Program-made: the position numbers and the translations under genes
The notes under the pieces: model-generated
What the model saw: only the letters and a program-made list of their open reading frames with translations
Databases searched by the model: none
Told to the model about the DNA's origin: nothing
Assembly: GCA_044223005.1 (NCBI GenBank)
Contig: JBGAML010000012.1
Span: forward strand, 64,001 to 128,000
DNA from: Candidatus Eiseniibacteriota bacterium
GTDB lineage: Bacteria; Eisenbacteria; RBG-16-71-46
Direction: 5' to 3'
DNA length: 64,000 nt
Shown: positions 28,940-38,907 of the stretch, piece after piece
How the letters are laid out: the number at the start of each line of letters is the position of its first letter
Position numbering within the stretch: position 1 is the stretch's first letter

Positions 28940-30793
28940 TCAGTTGGTGCGGAGGTCGGGGATCGCGCCGGGGGGCGTCGTGTCGGAGGCGACGGCGGTG
29001 GCGATCGAGACGGTGTTCGAGACACCGCTCGCGTTCCCCGCTTCGTCACGGACGATGAGCGCGAAGTAGTAGGTCGTGTTCGGGCTCAGCCCGCTCACGG
29101 TCACGTTCTCGGTCGCTCCCGACGGCTGCGGCGCGGGCACGCCGCCGTAGGCGGTCGCGCTCGCGAAGTTGCCCGAGGTGATGGGCGACGTGCTGTATCG
29201 GAGGTCGTAGACGCTCGCGATGCCGCTGCCGGCATCGTCGCCGACCGCCGTCCAGCGCAGCGCCACCGTGCTCGACGTGCTGCTGATCGCGGCCAGCGTC
29301 CCGACGGTCGACGGGGCCGACACGTCGGCGGTCGGCGTCCCCAGCGATCCGGCGAAACCGTCCTGCAGGTTCGCCGACTGCGCGGGACTGCCCGGCAGGA
29401 GCGTCGTGTTGAGCGTCGCGTAGCTGGAGTCGGTGAACATCGGCGTGTTCCACGCGGCCTTGCCGGCCTGGCCGAAGTTGCCGCCGCTGCCCGGGGCGCC
29501 CATGGAACCGCCGAAGCTGATCGCGTTCCCGGCGCTGCCGTTGCGGTTGAACACCAGCCCCAGCGAATCGAGGCTCACGCCCGACGCGGGCACGCGGATC
29601 GATGCGCTCGAACCCGAGCCGTTGGCGGCCGTCGAGTAGAACAGGTTCGAGCTCAGCCGGTTCCCCGACACGTTCGAAGCCGACGAGACGTCGAACAGCG
29701 TCGACGTGGTGCCGTAGAAGGTGTTGTGGCGGACGACCGTGCCCGTGAAGTCCTTGCCGTTGGCGATGAACAGCACCGTCGCGCCGCTCACGATGAACGT
29801 GTTGAACTCGAGCGTGTCCTGGCGCGAGCCACCCTGCCAGCAGATGCCGCCGTTGCCCACGATCGGGGCGCCGATGCGGATGGTGTTGTTGCCGAGGTAG
29901 TTGTGATTCGTCGACGCGATGAAGCTGCCGTCCTGCGCGAGCCCGAGCGAGATGGTGCCGGGGCCCGACTGCGTGAGCCGGTTGCCGACGAAGCGGTTGT
30001 AGCTGCTGCTGTCGCGGTAGGCCCAGAGCCCCTTGGTGCCGCCGGGCGTCTGGTTCATCACCACGTTCCAGGTGTTGTTCTGGAACGAGTTGTAGTACGA
30101 GCGGTACATCTCGAGCGCGAAGCAGTAGCCGCCGGTCGCGTTGACCGTGAAGTTGAACGTGTTGTTGAAGAAGGTGTTGTACTGGGCGCGGTAGAACTCG
30201 ATGAACTGGAAGTCCGTCGCCGCGTTGTGCGTGTAGTTGAACGTCGAGTTCTTGATCAAGTTGCTCGAGGGCCGCAGCGTGCCGATGTCGTCGAGCATCG
30301 TGATGCGATCGTCGACGCCCGTGACCGAGAGACTGTCGTAGACGTTCTCCTTGCCGATGCAGATCAGCCCGCCGTTGGTCACGGTGCTCTTCACCAGCGA
30401 GTCGTACCGGCAGGCGTACCAGCCGCCGCTGCGCAGGTGGTAGGGCGAGCCGATGTTGTTGCTCGACGAGATCCACTTCACGGTGACGTAGTCGCCGCAG
30501 GTGTGGTTCGCGCCGTCGTTCTCGTACCCGAAGAAGATGCCGTTGACGGTCGCCGCCGTGGGATTGGCCTGGTTGCCGTAGTAGTAGATCCGCGCGCCGG
30601 CGGTGCCGTTGTGCTGCGGACGGACGGGCACGGTGTAGGTGCCCGGCCCGACGCGCACGATGTCGCCCGCGACCGCACCCGCGTTCGCCGCCGTGAGGGT
30701 GGCGTCGTTGGTGACGGTCCAAACCGCCGCGGCCGCCTCCTGGGGCGCGAGCGCGGCGAGGACCAGCACGGGCAGCAATCGCTTGAGCAGCAT
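28940..30793 (-). CDS. Secreted right-handed parallel beta-helix protein with C-terminal fibronectin type III domain
   Basis: Signal peptide; AVAGDIVRVGPGTY, GTAGARIYY; Asn-ladder repeats (YNTFFNNTF, YNSFQNNTW, YNRFVGNR); Fn3 LRWTAVGDD...YDLRYS...GLSPNTTYYF. Confidence 0.8.
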   Translation of the reverse strand: MLLKRLLPVLVLAALAPQEAAAAVWTVTNDATLTAANAGAVAGDIVRVGPGTYTVPVRPQHNGTAGARIYYYGNQANPTAATVNGIFFGYENDGANHTCGDYVTVKWISSSNNIGSPYHLRSGGWYACRYDSLVKSTVTNGGLICIGKENVYDSLSVTGVDDRITMLDDIGTLRPSSNLIKNSTFNYTHNAATDFQFIEFYRAQYNTFFNNTFNFTVNATGGYCFALEMYRSYYNSFQNNTWNVVMNQTPGGTKGLWAYRDSSSYNRFVGNRLTQSGPGTISLGLAQDGSFIASTNHNYLGNNTIRIGAPIVGNGGICWQGGSRQDTLEFNTFIVSGATVLFIANGKDFTGTVVRHNTFYGTTSTLFDVSSASNVSGNRLSSNLFYSTAANGSGSSASIRVPASGVSLDSLGLVFNRNGSAGNAISFGGSMGAPGSGGNFGQAGKAAWNTPMFTDSSYATLNTTLLPGSPAQSANLQDGFAGSLGTPTADVSAPSTVGTLAAISSTSSTVALRWTAVGDDAGSGIASVYDLRYSTSPITSGNFASATAYGGVPAPQPSGATENVTVSGLSPNTTYYFALIVRDEAGNASGVSNTVSIATAVASDTTPPGAIPDLRTN

Positions 30794-30971
30794 CGTCACT
30801 CCTTCAACACCCGCGCCCGGATCCGGACGTCCTCCGGCTCGAGCTCGGTTCCATGCCCGCGTTCGGCGGGTCGCCTGCAGGTCCGCGGAAGGCTCCACGG
30901 AACGCCCGGGCCGCGATTCGGTCCGGCACCCGGGCCTCGACTCGCGTTCCGCCCCGGGCGCCGCGCATCCC

Positions 30972-31090
30972 AGCAAGTTCCGTGCGTGGCGACGTCGGAC
31001 GTACTACCCGCGACTTAGGCGCGTGCTCCAAGGGATTCGGATGCCGAATCCGTATCACTCCGACAGGCTGGCATGCAATCCGCAATTGCA
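30972..31090 (-). promoter_or_regulatory. Degenerate sigma54-like promoter with upstream palindromes (candidate enhancer)
   Basis: Minus strand CGCACGGAACTTGCT at 30972-30986; GGATTCGG-N3-CCGAATCC at 31033-31051; TGCAATCCGCAATTGCA at 31074-31090. Confidence 0.35.
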
Positions 31091-31216
31091 GCCTCAGCCC
31101 GAGAAAAACGCCCCGACCGCCCGCGCATTCGCACGGACGGCCGGGTCTGCCGCCTCCCCCGAGAGCGGCATGTCGGAGCCGGTGGGCCGCCGGTGACGCC
31201 GGCCCGCCGGGAGCGC

Positions 31217-31879
31217 TCAGCGGCGCACGGACCAGCCGGCGCTGAGCGTCGTGCGCGTACCGTCGCGATTCGACGAGATGGCCACGTTGAGCGGGACGCG
31301 GATGCCGCCGAAGTCCACCGAACGGCCCGCGGCGAAGACGATCGCGCTGCTCGAGCCGCCCGAGGCGTTGACCAGCGTGAGGCTGGGCCCGACGCCGAAC
31401 TCGAAGCCGTTCGCGAACCGGGCGCCGAGCACGACGGTGAGCGACGGGATCAGCTTGCCGTACTCGATGCCGCCGAAGAGCGGGACGACCTGCGTGAGCA
31501 GCTCGGGACCGTCACCGATGGGCGCGACGTGGTGCTCGAACTGCCAGCCGAACTGGCTCATCACGCGGCCGTAGCCGTGGTCCTGCAGCGCGCGCGCCGC
31601 GCGGTCGTTGCCGGGCGCGAACGTGAAGCCGAGGCGCGGGCCGCTCATGGCGCGCTGGACGAGCACCGTCGGCGGCTCGGCGAGCGCGACCGAACCCGGC
31701 ACGGGCGAGCCGACGTTCTCGTATGCGGAGATCTGCTGCCCGGTCGTGACGAAGGTCGGGAGCGCGGTGCTGTCGGCCATGGCGGCGGCTTCCTGGGCAT
31801 GCGCGGCGAGCGGAGCAACCAGCGCGAGCGTGGCGGCGAGGGCGATGCGGCGGGCGGTGCGAATCGTGTGGAGCGTCAT
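31217..31879 (-). CDS. Hypothetical exported protein, probable small outer-membrane beta-barrel
   Basis: GAGGAGG RBS; signal peptide ending AAHA; amphipathic strands SGPRLGFTF, SQFGWQFE, FEFGVGPSL, IVFAAG, RTTLSAGWSV. Confidence 0.65.
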   Translation of the reverse strand: MTLHTIRTARRIALAATLALVAPLAAHAQEAAAMADSTALPTFVTTGQQISAYENVGSPVPGSVALAEPPTVLVQRAMSGPRLGFTFAPGNDRAARALQDHGYGRVMSQFGWQFEHHVAPIGDGPELLTQVVPLFGGIEYGKLIPSLTVVLGARFANGFEFGVGPSLTLVNASGGSSSAIVFAAGRSVDFGGIRVPLNVAISSNRDGTRTTLSAGWSVRR

Positions 31880-31971
31880 GGCGTGGCCTCCTCGTGGGGC
31901 CGCTGGCCTCCGCGTCGCGGAGCGGCCGGCGGGATCGGGTTCGTGTTCGACGTGCACGCCATGCCCCTACC

Positions 31972-31986
31972 GCAAGGGCAGTGCCG
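31972..31986 (-). promoter_or_regulatory. sigma54 -24/-12 promoter
   Basis: Minus strand CGGCACTGCCCTTGC (GG-N10-GC) about 90 nt upstream of the 31879 start. Confidence 0.6.
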
Positions 31987-32102
31987 GAGCCCGGACGCCG
32001 CCGCGCGAAAGCCCGCAACGCGTTGGCCGTGCGGCAGGTGAGCGCGATGCACGCACGCCGCCACCGGGGCCACCGTGGCCGCCGCGGCCCCGATTCACTT
32101 CG

Positions 32103-32128
32103 CGCGCGTGGAGCCGGCTCCACGCGCG
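32103..32128. repeat. 26-bp perfect palindrome in divergent intergenic region
   Basis: CGCGCGTGGAGCC|GGCTCCACGCGCG. Confidence 0.8.
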
Positions 32129-32309
32129 TACAGCCGGGGCGAACGCCGCACTCGTCGTTCGCGGCCGCGCGCCGGGCGCGTTGACCTTCCCGGCGGGGCG
32201 CGGTATCCCTCAGCCGTCGCGGTATCCACGTGGACCAGCGGACCTCCAGCCCCGAAATCCGGTGGCTCCCTCCCGCCCCGAGACCGCGACGATCCTCAAG
32301 GAGAGGTTC

Positions 32310-32588
32310 ATGGAACGCCCCGCCAAGACGGCGACCCGCAAGAAGACCACCGCGTCGGCCCCGCGCTCGGCCGCGCCCCGCAAGAAGAAGAGCACGGCGT
32401 CGGACGCCCGGCCCGCCGCGGCCACGACTTCGTCCTCCACGGCCACCGCCGTGGCGACCGAGCCCACGCACGACCAGATCGCGAAGCGCGCGCACGAACT
32501 CTACGAACGCTCCGGCCACCAGCACGGGCGTCACGACGAGTTCTGGCTCGAGGCCGAACGCCAGCTGCGCGACGAGCTCAACCCCTGA
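32310..32588 (+). CDS. DUF2934 domain protein with basic low-complexity N-terminus
   Basis: AAGGAGAGG RBS; IAKRAHELYERSG...G.HDEFWLEAERQL. Confidence 0.85.
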   Translation: MERPAKTATRKKTTASAPRSAAPRKKKSTASDARPAAATTSSSTATAVATEPTHDQIAKRAHELYERSGHQHGRHDEFWLEAERQLRDELNP

Positions 32589-32595
32589 ACGCGCC

Positions 32596-32624
32596 GCGCC
32601 GCGCGGGGGATCCCCGCGCGGCGC
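32596..32624. terminator. Stem-loop between convergent genes
   Basis: GCGCCGCGCGGGG-GAT-CCCCGCGCGGCGC. Confidence 0.6.
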
Positions 32625-32652
32625 GCACGTCGTTCGTCTCGTCTCCGCCGCG

Positions 32653-35600
32653 TCAGGCCGGCGTGACCTCCACCACGTCCGCCACCGCCGCCACGGGCTC
32701 GTCCGCCTCGATCGGGCGGTGCACCTTGGCGACCAGCGTGTAGACGGCCGGCACGACGAAGAGCGTGAACGCCGTGCCGATGATCATGCCGCTCACCAGC
32801 GTGATGCCGATGCTGTTGCGCGCGCCGGCGCCCGGACCGTGGGCGAAGATCAGCGGCAGGTGGCCGAACACCGTGGCCGCCGTCGTCATGAGGATCGGCC
32901 GCAACCGGGTCCCGGCCGCCTCGATCACCGCCCTCGCCTTGTCGTAGCCCCGCATCTGGAGCTGGTTGGCGAACTCCACGATCAGGATGCCGTTCTTCGC
33001 CACCAGCCCGACCAGCGTGATCAGGCCGACCTGGCTGTAGATGTTGATCGACGTGAAGCCGAGGAACGTGAAGAGCAGCGCGCCCGAGAGCGCCAGCGGC
33101 GCCGACCCCGTCATGATGACGAACGGATCCCGGAAGCTCTCGAACTGCGCGGCGAGCACGAGCCCGATGAGCAGCGCCGAGAGCAGGAAGACCGCGAGGA
33201 ACTTGCTGCCTTCGGTCCGCAGCTGCCGCGATTCGCCGGCGTAGTCGATCGTGAAGCCGCGCGGCAGCGACTTGCGCGCTTCGCCCTCGAGGAACCCGAG
33301 CGCCTTGTCGAGCGAGACGCCCGGCGGGATGACCGCCTGGATGCGCACGGCGTTCAGCTGCTGGAAGCGCTTGAGCTCGCGCGGCTCGGTGGTCGTGCGC
33401 ATCGACGCGAACGTGGACAGCGGCACCAGCGTGCCGTTCGGGCCGCTCACGTAGATCGACTGCAACTGGTCGGGCGTGAGCCGCTCGGCGCGCTCGACCT
33501 GCGGAATCACCTTGTAGCTGCGCCCCTGGATGCTGAACCGGTTGACGAAGTTGCCGCCGAGCAGCGCCGACAGGTCCTGGCCCGCGCGGCTCAGGTCCAC
33601 GCCGAGCGAGCGCACCTTGTCCCGGTCGAACACCACCTCCGCCTGCGGCTGGTCGAACTTGAGGTCGGTGTCGACGAACATGAACATGCCGCTCTTGTAC
33701 GCCTTGCCGACCAGGTCGCCGGCGATCGCCGCGAGCTGCTGCGGTTCGGCCGTGGACATGATCACGAGGTCGACCGGGAAGCTGCCGCCGCCCGGGAGCG
33801 CCGGCGGCACCAGCGAGATCGTCCGGATACCGGGGATCTTCGACACCGCCCCCGCCACCTGCACCTGCAGCTCGGCGGTGCTGCGCTTCCGCTCCGCCCA
33901 CGGCTTGGTCACCATGCCCGCGAAACCGCCGCTCGGGTTGGTGATCTGAAAGACGTTCTTCGTCTCGGGGAACGACTGGTACACCTTCGTGACCTGTGAC
34001 GCGAACATGTGCGTCTGGTCCAGCGTGGCGTTGGGCGCCGCCTGCACGATGCCGAACACGATGCTCTGGTCCTCGCCCGGCGCGAGCTCGCGCTGCGAGA
34101 ACATGTAGAACGGCACCGCGAGCAGCACGACGATCGCCCACAGCACGAGCATCACCGAACGCTGGCGCAGCGTGCCCTGGAGCATCTCGACGTACTTGCC
34201 GCGCAGGCGCTCGAACTGCCGGTTGATGTGTCCCGCGAACCCGCGCTCGCTGTCCCCCGCACGCAGCAGCCGGGAGCCCATCATGGGCGACAGCGTGAGG
34301 GCCACGACGCCCGAGACCAGCACCGCGCCCGCGAGCGTGAACGCGAACTCGCGGAACAACGCGCCGGTCAGGCCGCCCTGGATGCCGAGCGGCGTGTACA
34401 CGGCCGCGAGCGTGATCGTCATCGCGATGATCGGCCCGGTCAGCTCGCGCGCGGCCAGGATCGCCGCACGGAACGGAGGTTGCCCTTCGTGCACGTGGCG
34501 TTCGATGTTCTCGACCATGACGATCGCGTCGTCCACGACGAGGCCGACCGACAACACGATCGCGAGCAGCGTGAGCAGGTTGATCGTGAACCCGGACGCC
34601 TGCATCAGGAACACGGCGCCGATCAGCGAGATCGGGATCGCGATCACCGGGATCACGAGGCCGCGCACCGAACCGAGGAACAGGAAGATCACCAGGATCA
34701 CGATCAGCAGCGTCTCGGTGAGGGTCTTCAGCACCTCGTGGATCGCGTCCTGGATGTAGACCGTCGAGTCGTACGGGATGCCGGCGGTCATGCCGACGGG
34801 CAGCTGCGCCTGGATGTCCTTCATCTCCTCGCGGACGCGCCCGATCACCTCGAGGGAGTTCGCCGTCGGCAGCACCCAGACACCCATGAACGTGGCGTTC
34901 TGGCCGTTGAACCGCACGTCCGTGTTGTAGTCCTCCGCGCCGAGCTGCACATCGGCCACGTCGCCCAGCCGGACGATGTCGCCGTCGGCGGTCTTCACGA
35001 CCAGCCGACGGAAGTCCTCGGGCGTCTTGAGGTCGGTGTTGGCGACCAGGTTGACCGACGTCATCGTGCCCTTGGTGGCGCCGAGGGCCGAGAGGTAGTT
35101 GTTCCGCGACAGCGCCGACCACACGTCGGAGGGCGCGAGGCCGTGCGCGGCCATGCGCTCGGACTTGAGCCAGATGCGCATCGCGAACGTGCGGCCGCCG
35201 AGGATGTCGGCGCGCTGCACGCCGCTCACGGCGCTCAGCCGCGGCTGCACGACGCGCGTGAGGTAATCCGTGATCTGGTTCGGGTCCAGGTCCTTGGACG
35301 CGAACCCGAGGTACATGGCGGCGAACTGCGCGTCCGCGGTCTCCACCTGGATCACCGGCGCCTGCGCCTCGGGCGGCAGGTCGTTGCGGACCTGCGCGAC
35401 CTTGGCCTGGATCTGGGTCAGCGCCGCGTTGGTGTCGTAGTTGAGCTTCAGGTGCACCGTGATGTTGCTGATGCCCTGCGAGCTCGAGGATTCCATGTAG
35501 TCGATGCCGTCGGCGCTGGCGATCACGCGCTCGAGCGGCGAGGTGATGAAGCCCCGCACGAGGTCGGCGTTGGCGCCCACGTACGCGGTCGTGACGTTCA

Positions 35601-35733
35601 CCACGGCGATGTCCGTGCGTGGGAACTGGCGCACGCTGAGCGAGCGGATCGACTGCAGCCCCGCGATCAGGATGACGAGGTTGACGCAGATCGCGAGGAC
35701 CGGCCGCTTGACGAAGAGGTCGGTGAACTTCAT
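32653..35733 (-). CDS. RND efflux transporter, AcrB/MexW-like permease
   Basis: FVKRPVLA, AIPISLIG, INLLTLLAIVLSVGLVVDDAIVMVENI, ALTLSPMM, LAAQFES, KNGILIVEFAN, RLRPILMT. Confidence 0.95.
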   Translation of the reverse strand: MKFTDLFVKRPVLAICVNLVILIAGLQSIRSLSVRQFPRTDIAVVNVTTAYVGANADLVRGFITSPLERVIASADGIDYMESSSSQGISNITVHLKLNYDTNAALTQIQAKVAQVRNDLPPEAQAPVIQVETADAQFAAMYLGFASKDLDPNQITDYLTRVVQPRLSAVSGVQRADILGGRTFAMRIWLKSERMAAHGLAPSDVWSALSRNNYLSALGATKGTMTSVNLVANTDLKTPEDFRRLVVKTADGDIVRLGDVADVQLGAEDYNTDVRFNGQNATFMGVWVLPTANSLEVIGRVREEMKDIQAQLPVGMTAGIPYDSTVYIQDAIHEVLKTLTETLLIVILVIFLFLGSVRGLVIPVIAIPISLIGAVFLMQASGFTINLLTLLAIVLSVGLVVDDAIVMVENIERHVHEGQPPFRAAILAARELTGPIIAMTITLAAVYTPLGIQGGLTGALFREFAFTLAGAVLVSGVVALTLSPMMGSRLLRAGDSERGFAGHINRQFERLRGKYVEMLQGTLRQRSVMLVLWAIVVLLAVPFYMFSQRELAPGEDQSIVFGIVQAAPNATLDQTHMFASQVTKVYQSFPETKNVFQITNPSGGFAGMVTKPWAERKRSTAELQVQVAGAVSKIPGIRTISLVPPALPGGGSFPVDLVIMSTAEPQQLAAIAGDLVGKAYKSGMFMFVDTDLKFDQPQAEVVFDRDKVRSLGVDLSRAGQDLSALLGGNFVNRFSIQGRSYKVIPQVERAERLTPDQLQSIYVSGPNGTLVPLSTFASMRTTTEPRELKRFQQLNAVRIQAVIPPGVSLDKALGFLEGEARKSLPRGFTIDYAGESRQLRTEGSKFLAVFLLSALLIGLVLAAQFESFRDPFVIMTGSAPLALSGALLFTFLGFTSINIYSQVGLITLVGLVAKNGILIVEFANQLQMRGYDKARAVIEAAGTRLRPILMTTAATVFGHLPLIFAHGPGAGARNSIGITLVSGMIIGTAFTLFVVPAVYTLVAKVHRPIEADEPVAAVADVVEVTPA

Positions 35734-36860
35734 CAGCTGTTCTCAGGTCTCGGCGAGGCGCTGGCCGAGGGCTGCACGGTGTTGTCGACGAGGACGGCGG
35801 CGCCGGAGCGCAGCTTGAAGACGCCCGAGGTCACGACCTCCTGGCCCGGCTTCACGCCGTCGAGCACGGCGACGAGGTCGCCCTGCGCGGCGCCCAGCTT
35901 CACGAACTGCTGGCGCACGCCGCGGTAGGCCTTGCCGTCGGGCCCCTTCATCGACTCGACGACGAAGACCGAGTTGCCGTAGGGCGCGTAGTTGATCGCC
36001 GAGAGCGGCAGGGCGACGACCGCGTCGTGCTGCCCCAGGCCGACCGAGACCGAGACGTACATGCCCGGGCGGAAGCGGCCGTGGACGTTGTCGAACGTGG
36101 CCTGGACCTGCACGTTGCGCGTCGCGTCGTCCACCACCGGGTTGATCGCGGTGATGCGGCCCTGCACGTGCCCGGCCGCCCCGCTGTCGGCAGTGGCGCG
36201 CACGGGATCGCCCACGTGCAGCAGCGCCACCTGCTGCTGCGGCACCGCGAAGTCCACATAGACCTGGCTCGTCGACTGCAGCGGCACGATCGGGTCGCCA
36301 CTGTTCACGTACTGCCCGACGTTGACGCGGCGGATGCCCGTGGTGCCGGAGAATGGCGCGCGGATCGTCTTGCGGTCGATGCTCGCCTCGGTCAGGTGCA
36401 CGGCGGCCTCGGCCTGCTTGTACAGCGCCGCGACCTGGTCGAACTCGGCCTGCGCGATCACCTGCTGCTCGAGCAGCCGGCGCGACCGGTCGAGGTTCGT
36501 CTTCGCGAGGTCGCGCTGCGCCTCGGCCGAGGCGAGCTGCGCGCGCTCCTGGCGCGCGTCGAGCGTCACCAGCACCGCTCCGGCGGCCACGCGGGCGCCC
36601 GACTCGAACGCGATGCGCTCGACCACGCCCGGCAGGTCGGCCGACAGCGTGACGCCGCGGATCGGCGCGACGCTGCCGACGGCGTCGATCGTCGCCTGCC
36701 ACGACTGCTGCTTCGCCGTGATGGTCGTCACGGCTTCCGGCGGCGGCGCCCACGACTTGCCCGCGGCGATCGCGGTCTTGATCTGCTGGAACTTCACGAA
36801 GCCGACGATCGCGACGAAGACTCCGACGATCGCCAGCATCTGGACCATGCGCTTGTTCAT
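35733..36860 (-). CDS. RND periplasmic adaptor (membrane fusion protein)
   Basis: N-terminal TM; G.V..I.FESG, coiled-coil hairpin, IRAPFSG, RPGMYV, GQEVVTSG. Confidence 0.93.
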   Translation of the reverse strand: MNKRMVQMLAIVGVFVAIVGFVKFQQIKTAIAAGKSWAPPPEAVTTITAKQQSWQATIDAVGSVAPIRGVTLSADLPGVVERIAFESGARVAAGAVLVTLDARQERAQLASAEAQRDLAKTNLDRSRRLLEQQVIAQAEFDQVAALYKQAEAAVHLTEASIDRKTIRAPFSGTTGIRRVNVGQYVNSGDPIVPLQSTSQVYVDFAVPQQQVALLHVGDPVRATADSGAAGHVQGRITAINPVVDDATRNVQVQATFDNVHGRFRPGMYVSVSVGLGQHDAVVALPLSAINYAPYGNSVFVVESMKGPDGKAYRGVRQQFVKLGAAQGDLVAVLDGVKPGQEVVTSGVFKLRSGAAVLVDNTVQPSASASPRPENS

Positions 36861-37262
36861 CCGGTGAGACCCCTCGGCGTGCGGCGGGTTGAACGGAGGT
36901 GGATGGAGACCCCGCGCCGGCGACGACGGGCGCTCGCGACACGGCCGAACTCGCGGGGGCGCGACGCCGTGGAGTGGTCCGGGAGCGCTGGACGGGGGCG
37001 GGATCGGCTTGGATGCGTCGAAACGCCAAGGGATTCCGGTCCCCTCGGGCCCCTGGCCGGCAACCGACCGGCGCGGCTACCAGCCCCTGCGAACGCAGTC
37101 GCGCGGGCGGAGAAGCGCGATGCCGCGCCCACGAAATCGGGCGCGGCACCGGCAGGCGCCGAGGGGGTTGGCGCCCGGGGGAAGGCAAGGGTGCCGGCAT
37201 CCGCGGCGTGGAGTCCCCCGATTCGCACACCACGGAACTGCCGCCGGCACCCCAGTCGCAAC

Positions 37263-38849
37263 TCAGCCGGTCACGTCGGGACTCCTGCCGCCCCGGCGGG
37301 CGGACAGCACCTCGAAGAGCCTCTCGAGGAGCGCCGAGGGCCGGAACGGCTTGGGCAGGACGCGCACGTGCTGCAGGGGCGGCTCGCCGTCCACCGACTG
37401 CAGGGCCGCGTCCCCGGAGAGGAACAGCACGCCGATGTCCGGCCGCTGGCTGGCGCAGCGGCGGGAAAGCGAGACGCCGTCGAGCCCGGGCAGTTCGGCG
37501 TCGGCGACGAGCACGTCGATCGGGCCACCGTGGCGCTCGGCCAGTTCCGCCGCGCGCGCGCCGTCGGATTCCTCGAGCACGTGGTAGCGGTTGCGCCGGA
37601 GCACGCGCCGCGCGAGCCGCCGCACCTGCTCGTCCTCGATCGCGAGCAGGATCGTCTCGGAGTGCCCCGGTGCCGGCTCCGCGGCCGGCAGGCGCACGGA
37701 CACGCGCGGCGTCGCGCGCGTTCCCGGCAGGTAGAGCCGGAACGTGGTCCCCTGCCCCGCCGTACTCTCGACGCCGATGTACCCGCCGTGCTGCTTCACG
37801 ATGCCGTACACGGTCGAGAGCCCGAGGCCCGTGCCGCGGCCGTCGGACTTGGTCGTGAAGAACGGCTCGAAGATGCGCTGCTGCGTGTCGGCGTCCATGC
37901 CGCAGCCGTCGTCGGACACCTGCAGCACGACGTGCCGGCCACGCCGCGAACCGACGTGGCCCGACACGAACGTCGCGTCGAGCTCGACGACGTCGGTCGA
38001 GACGACCAGGTTGCCGCCCTCCGGCATCGCGTCGCGCGCGTTGAGCACGAGGTTCATGATCACCTGCTCGAGCTGGCCCCGGTCCGCACGCACCGCGGCG
38101 ACGCCGGGCCGCGTCTGCAGCTGCAGGCGCACGCTGCGCCCGACCATGCGGCGGAGCATCGGCTCCGTCTCGATCAGCACCTGGTTCAGGTCCAGGACCC
38201 CGACTTCGATCACCTGCCCGCGGCTGAACGCGAGCAGCTGCCGCGTGAGGTTGGCCCCGCGCTGGGCGGCCTTGCGGACTTCGTCGGCCTCGAGCCAGCG
38301 CGGATCGGAAGGCGGCAGGCTGTCGAGCAGGAACCCGTTGTAGCCGAGGATCACGGTCAGCAGGTTGTTGAAGTCGTGCGCCACGCTGCTCGCCAGCCGC
38401 CCGAGCGCCTCGAGGCGGTGCCGGCCGCGCGTGCGCGCCTCGAGCGCGCGCTGCGTGCTGACGTCGCGCACGTGCGTCAGGGCGCCCGTCGGCTCGAGCC
38501 GCGTGCCGTCGTAGAGCGGTGCGGCCCGCAGTTCCAGCCAGCGGGGTTCGCCGTCGTCGCCGCTCACGCGGCAGATCACCGGACCCGCCGGCCGGCGGTC
38601 GCGCAGGGCCTCGCGCGCGGGTTCGCGCTCGACGAGCCAGGGCAGGCCGAACTCGTCACGTGCCCGCGCGTGCGCGAGCAACGACGAGCGGCCGGCGAGC
38701 TCGTGCTCGCCGGCGCGGAGGAGACGTTCCGCGCCCCGGTCGCACGAAACGACGGCGCCGGTGCGGTCGTGGATGACCGCACCGCCGTCGCTCAGCGCGA
38801 GCAGGGCCTGGACCTCGGGTGTTTCGAAGCCTGTCTGCCGGGGGGACAT
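37263..38849 (-). CDS. Cytoplasmic hybrid histidine kinase (PAS-HisKA-HATPase-REC, CckA-like)
   Basis: LGRLASSVAHDFNNLL, QLLAFSR, QVIMNLVLNARDAM, DDGCGM, IFEPFFTTK, GTGLGL; REC IDVLVAD, LFLSG, LPKPF; start uncertain. Confidence 0.9.
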   Translation of the reverse strand: MSPRQTGFETPEVQALLALSDGGAVIHDRTGAVVSCDRGAERLLRAGEHELAGRSSLLAHARARDEFGLPWLVEREPAREALRDRRPAGPVICRVSGDDGEPRWLELRAAPLYDGTRLEPTGALTHVRDVSTQRALEARTRGRHRLEALGRLASSVAHDFNNLLTVILGYNGFLLDSLPPSDPRWLEADEVRKAAQRGANLTRQLLAFSRGQVIEVGVLDLNQVLIETEPMLRRMVGRSVRLQLQTRPGVAAVRADRGQLEQVIMNLVLNARDAMPEGGNLVVSTDVVELDATFVSGHVGSRRGRHVVLQVSDDGCGMDADTQQRIFEPFFTTKSDGRGTGLGLSTVYGIVKQHGGYIGVESTAGQGTTFRLYLPGTRATPRVSVRLPAAEPAPGHSETILLAIEDEQVRRLARRVLRRNRYHVLEESDGARAAELAERHGGPIDVLVADAELPGLDGVSLSRRCASQRPDIGVLFLSGDAALQSVDGEPPLQHVRVLPKPFRPSALLERLFEVLSARRGGRSPDVTG

Positions 38850-38907
38850 CCGGCCTCTCGAGGGGAGTGGCGCTCCCGCGAACGGGAGCGTCGGGTGAAC
38901 TGCGAAC

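Noticed and set aside
30878..30892. CAGGTCCGCGGAAGG resembling SRP RNA domain IV
   Set aside because: Lacks the GGAA tetraloop geometry, the following AGCAG and the long flanking stem
31069..31084. Plus-strand TGGCATGCAATCCGCA sigma54-like match
   Set aside because: No plausible plus-strand gene downstream; the overlapping dyad is better explained as an activator site
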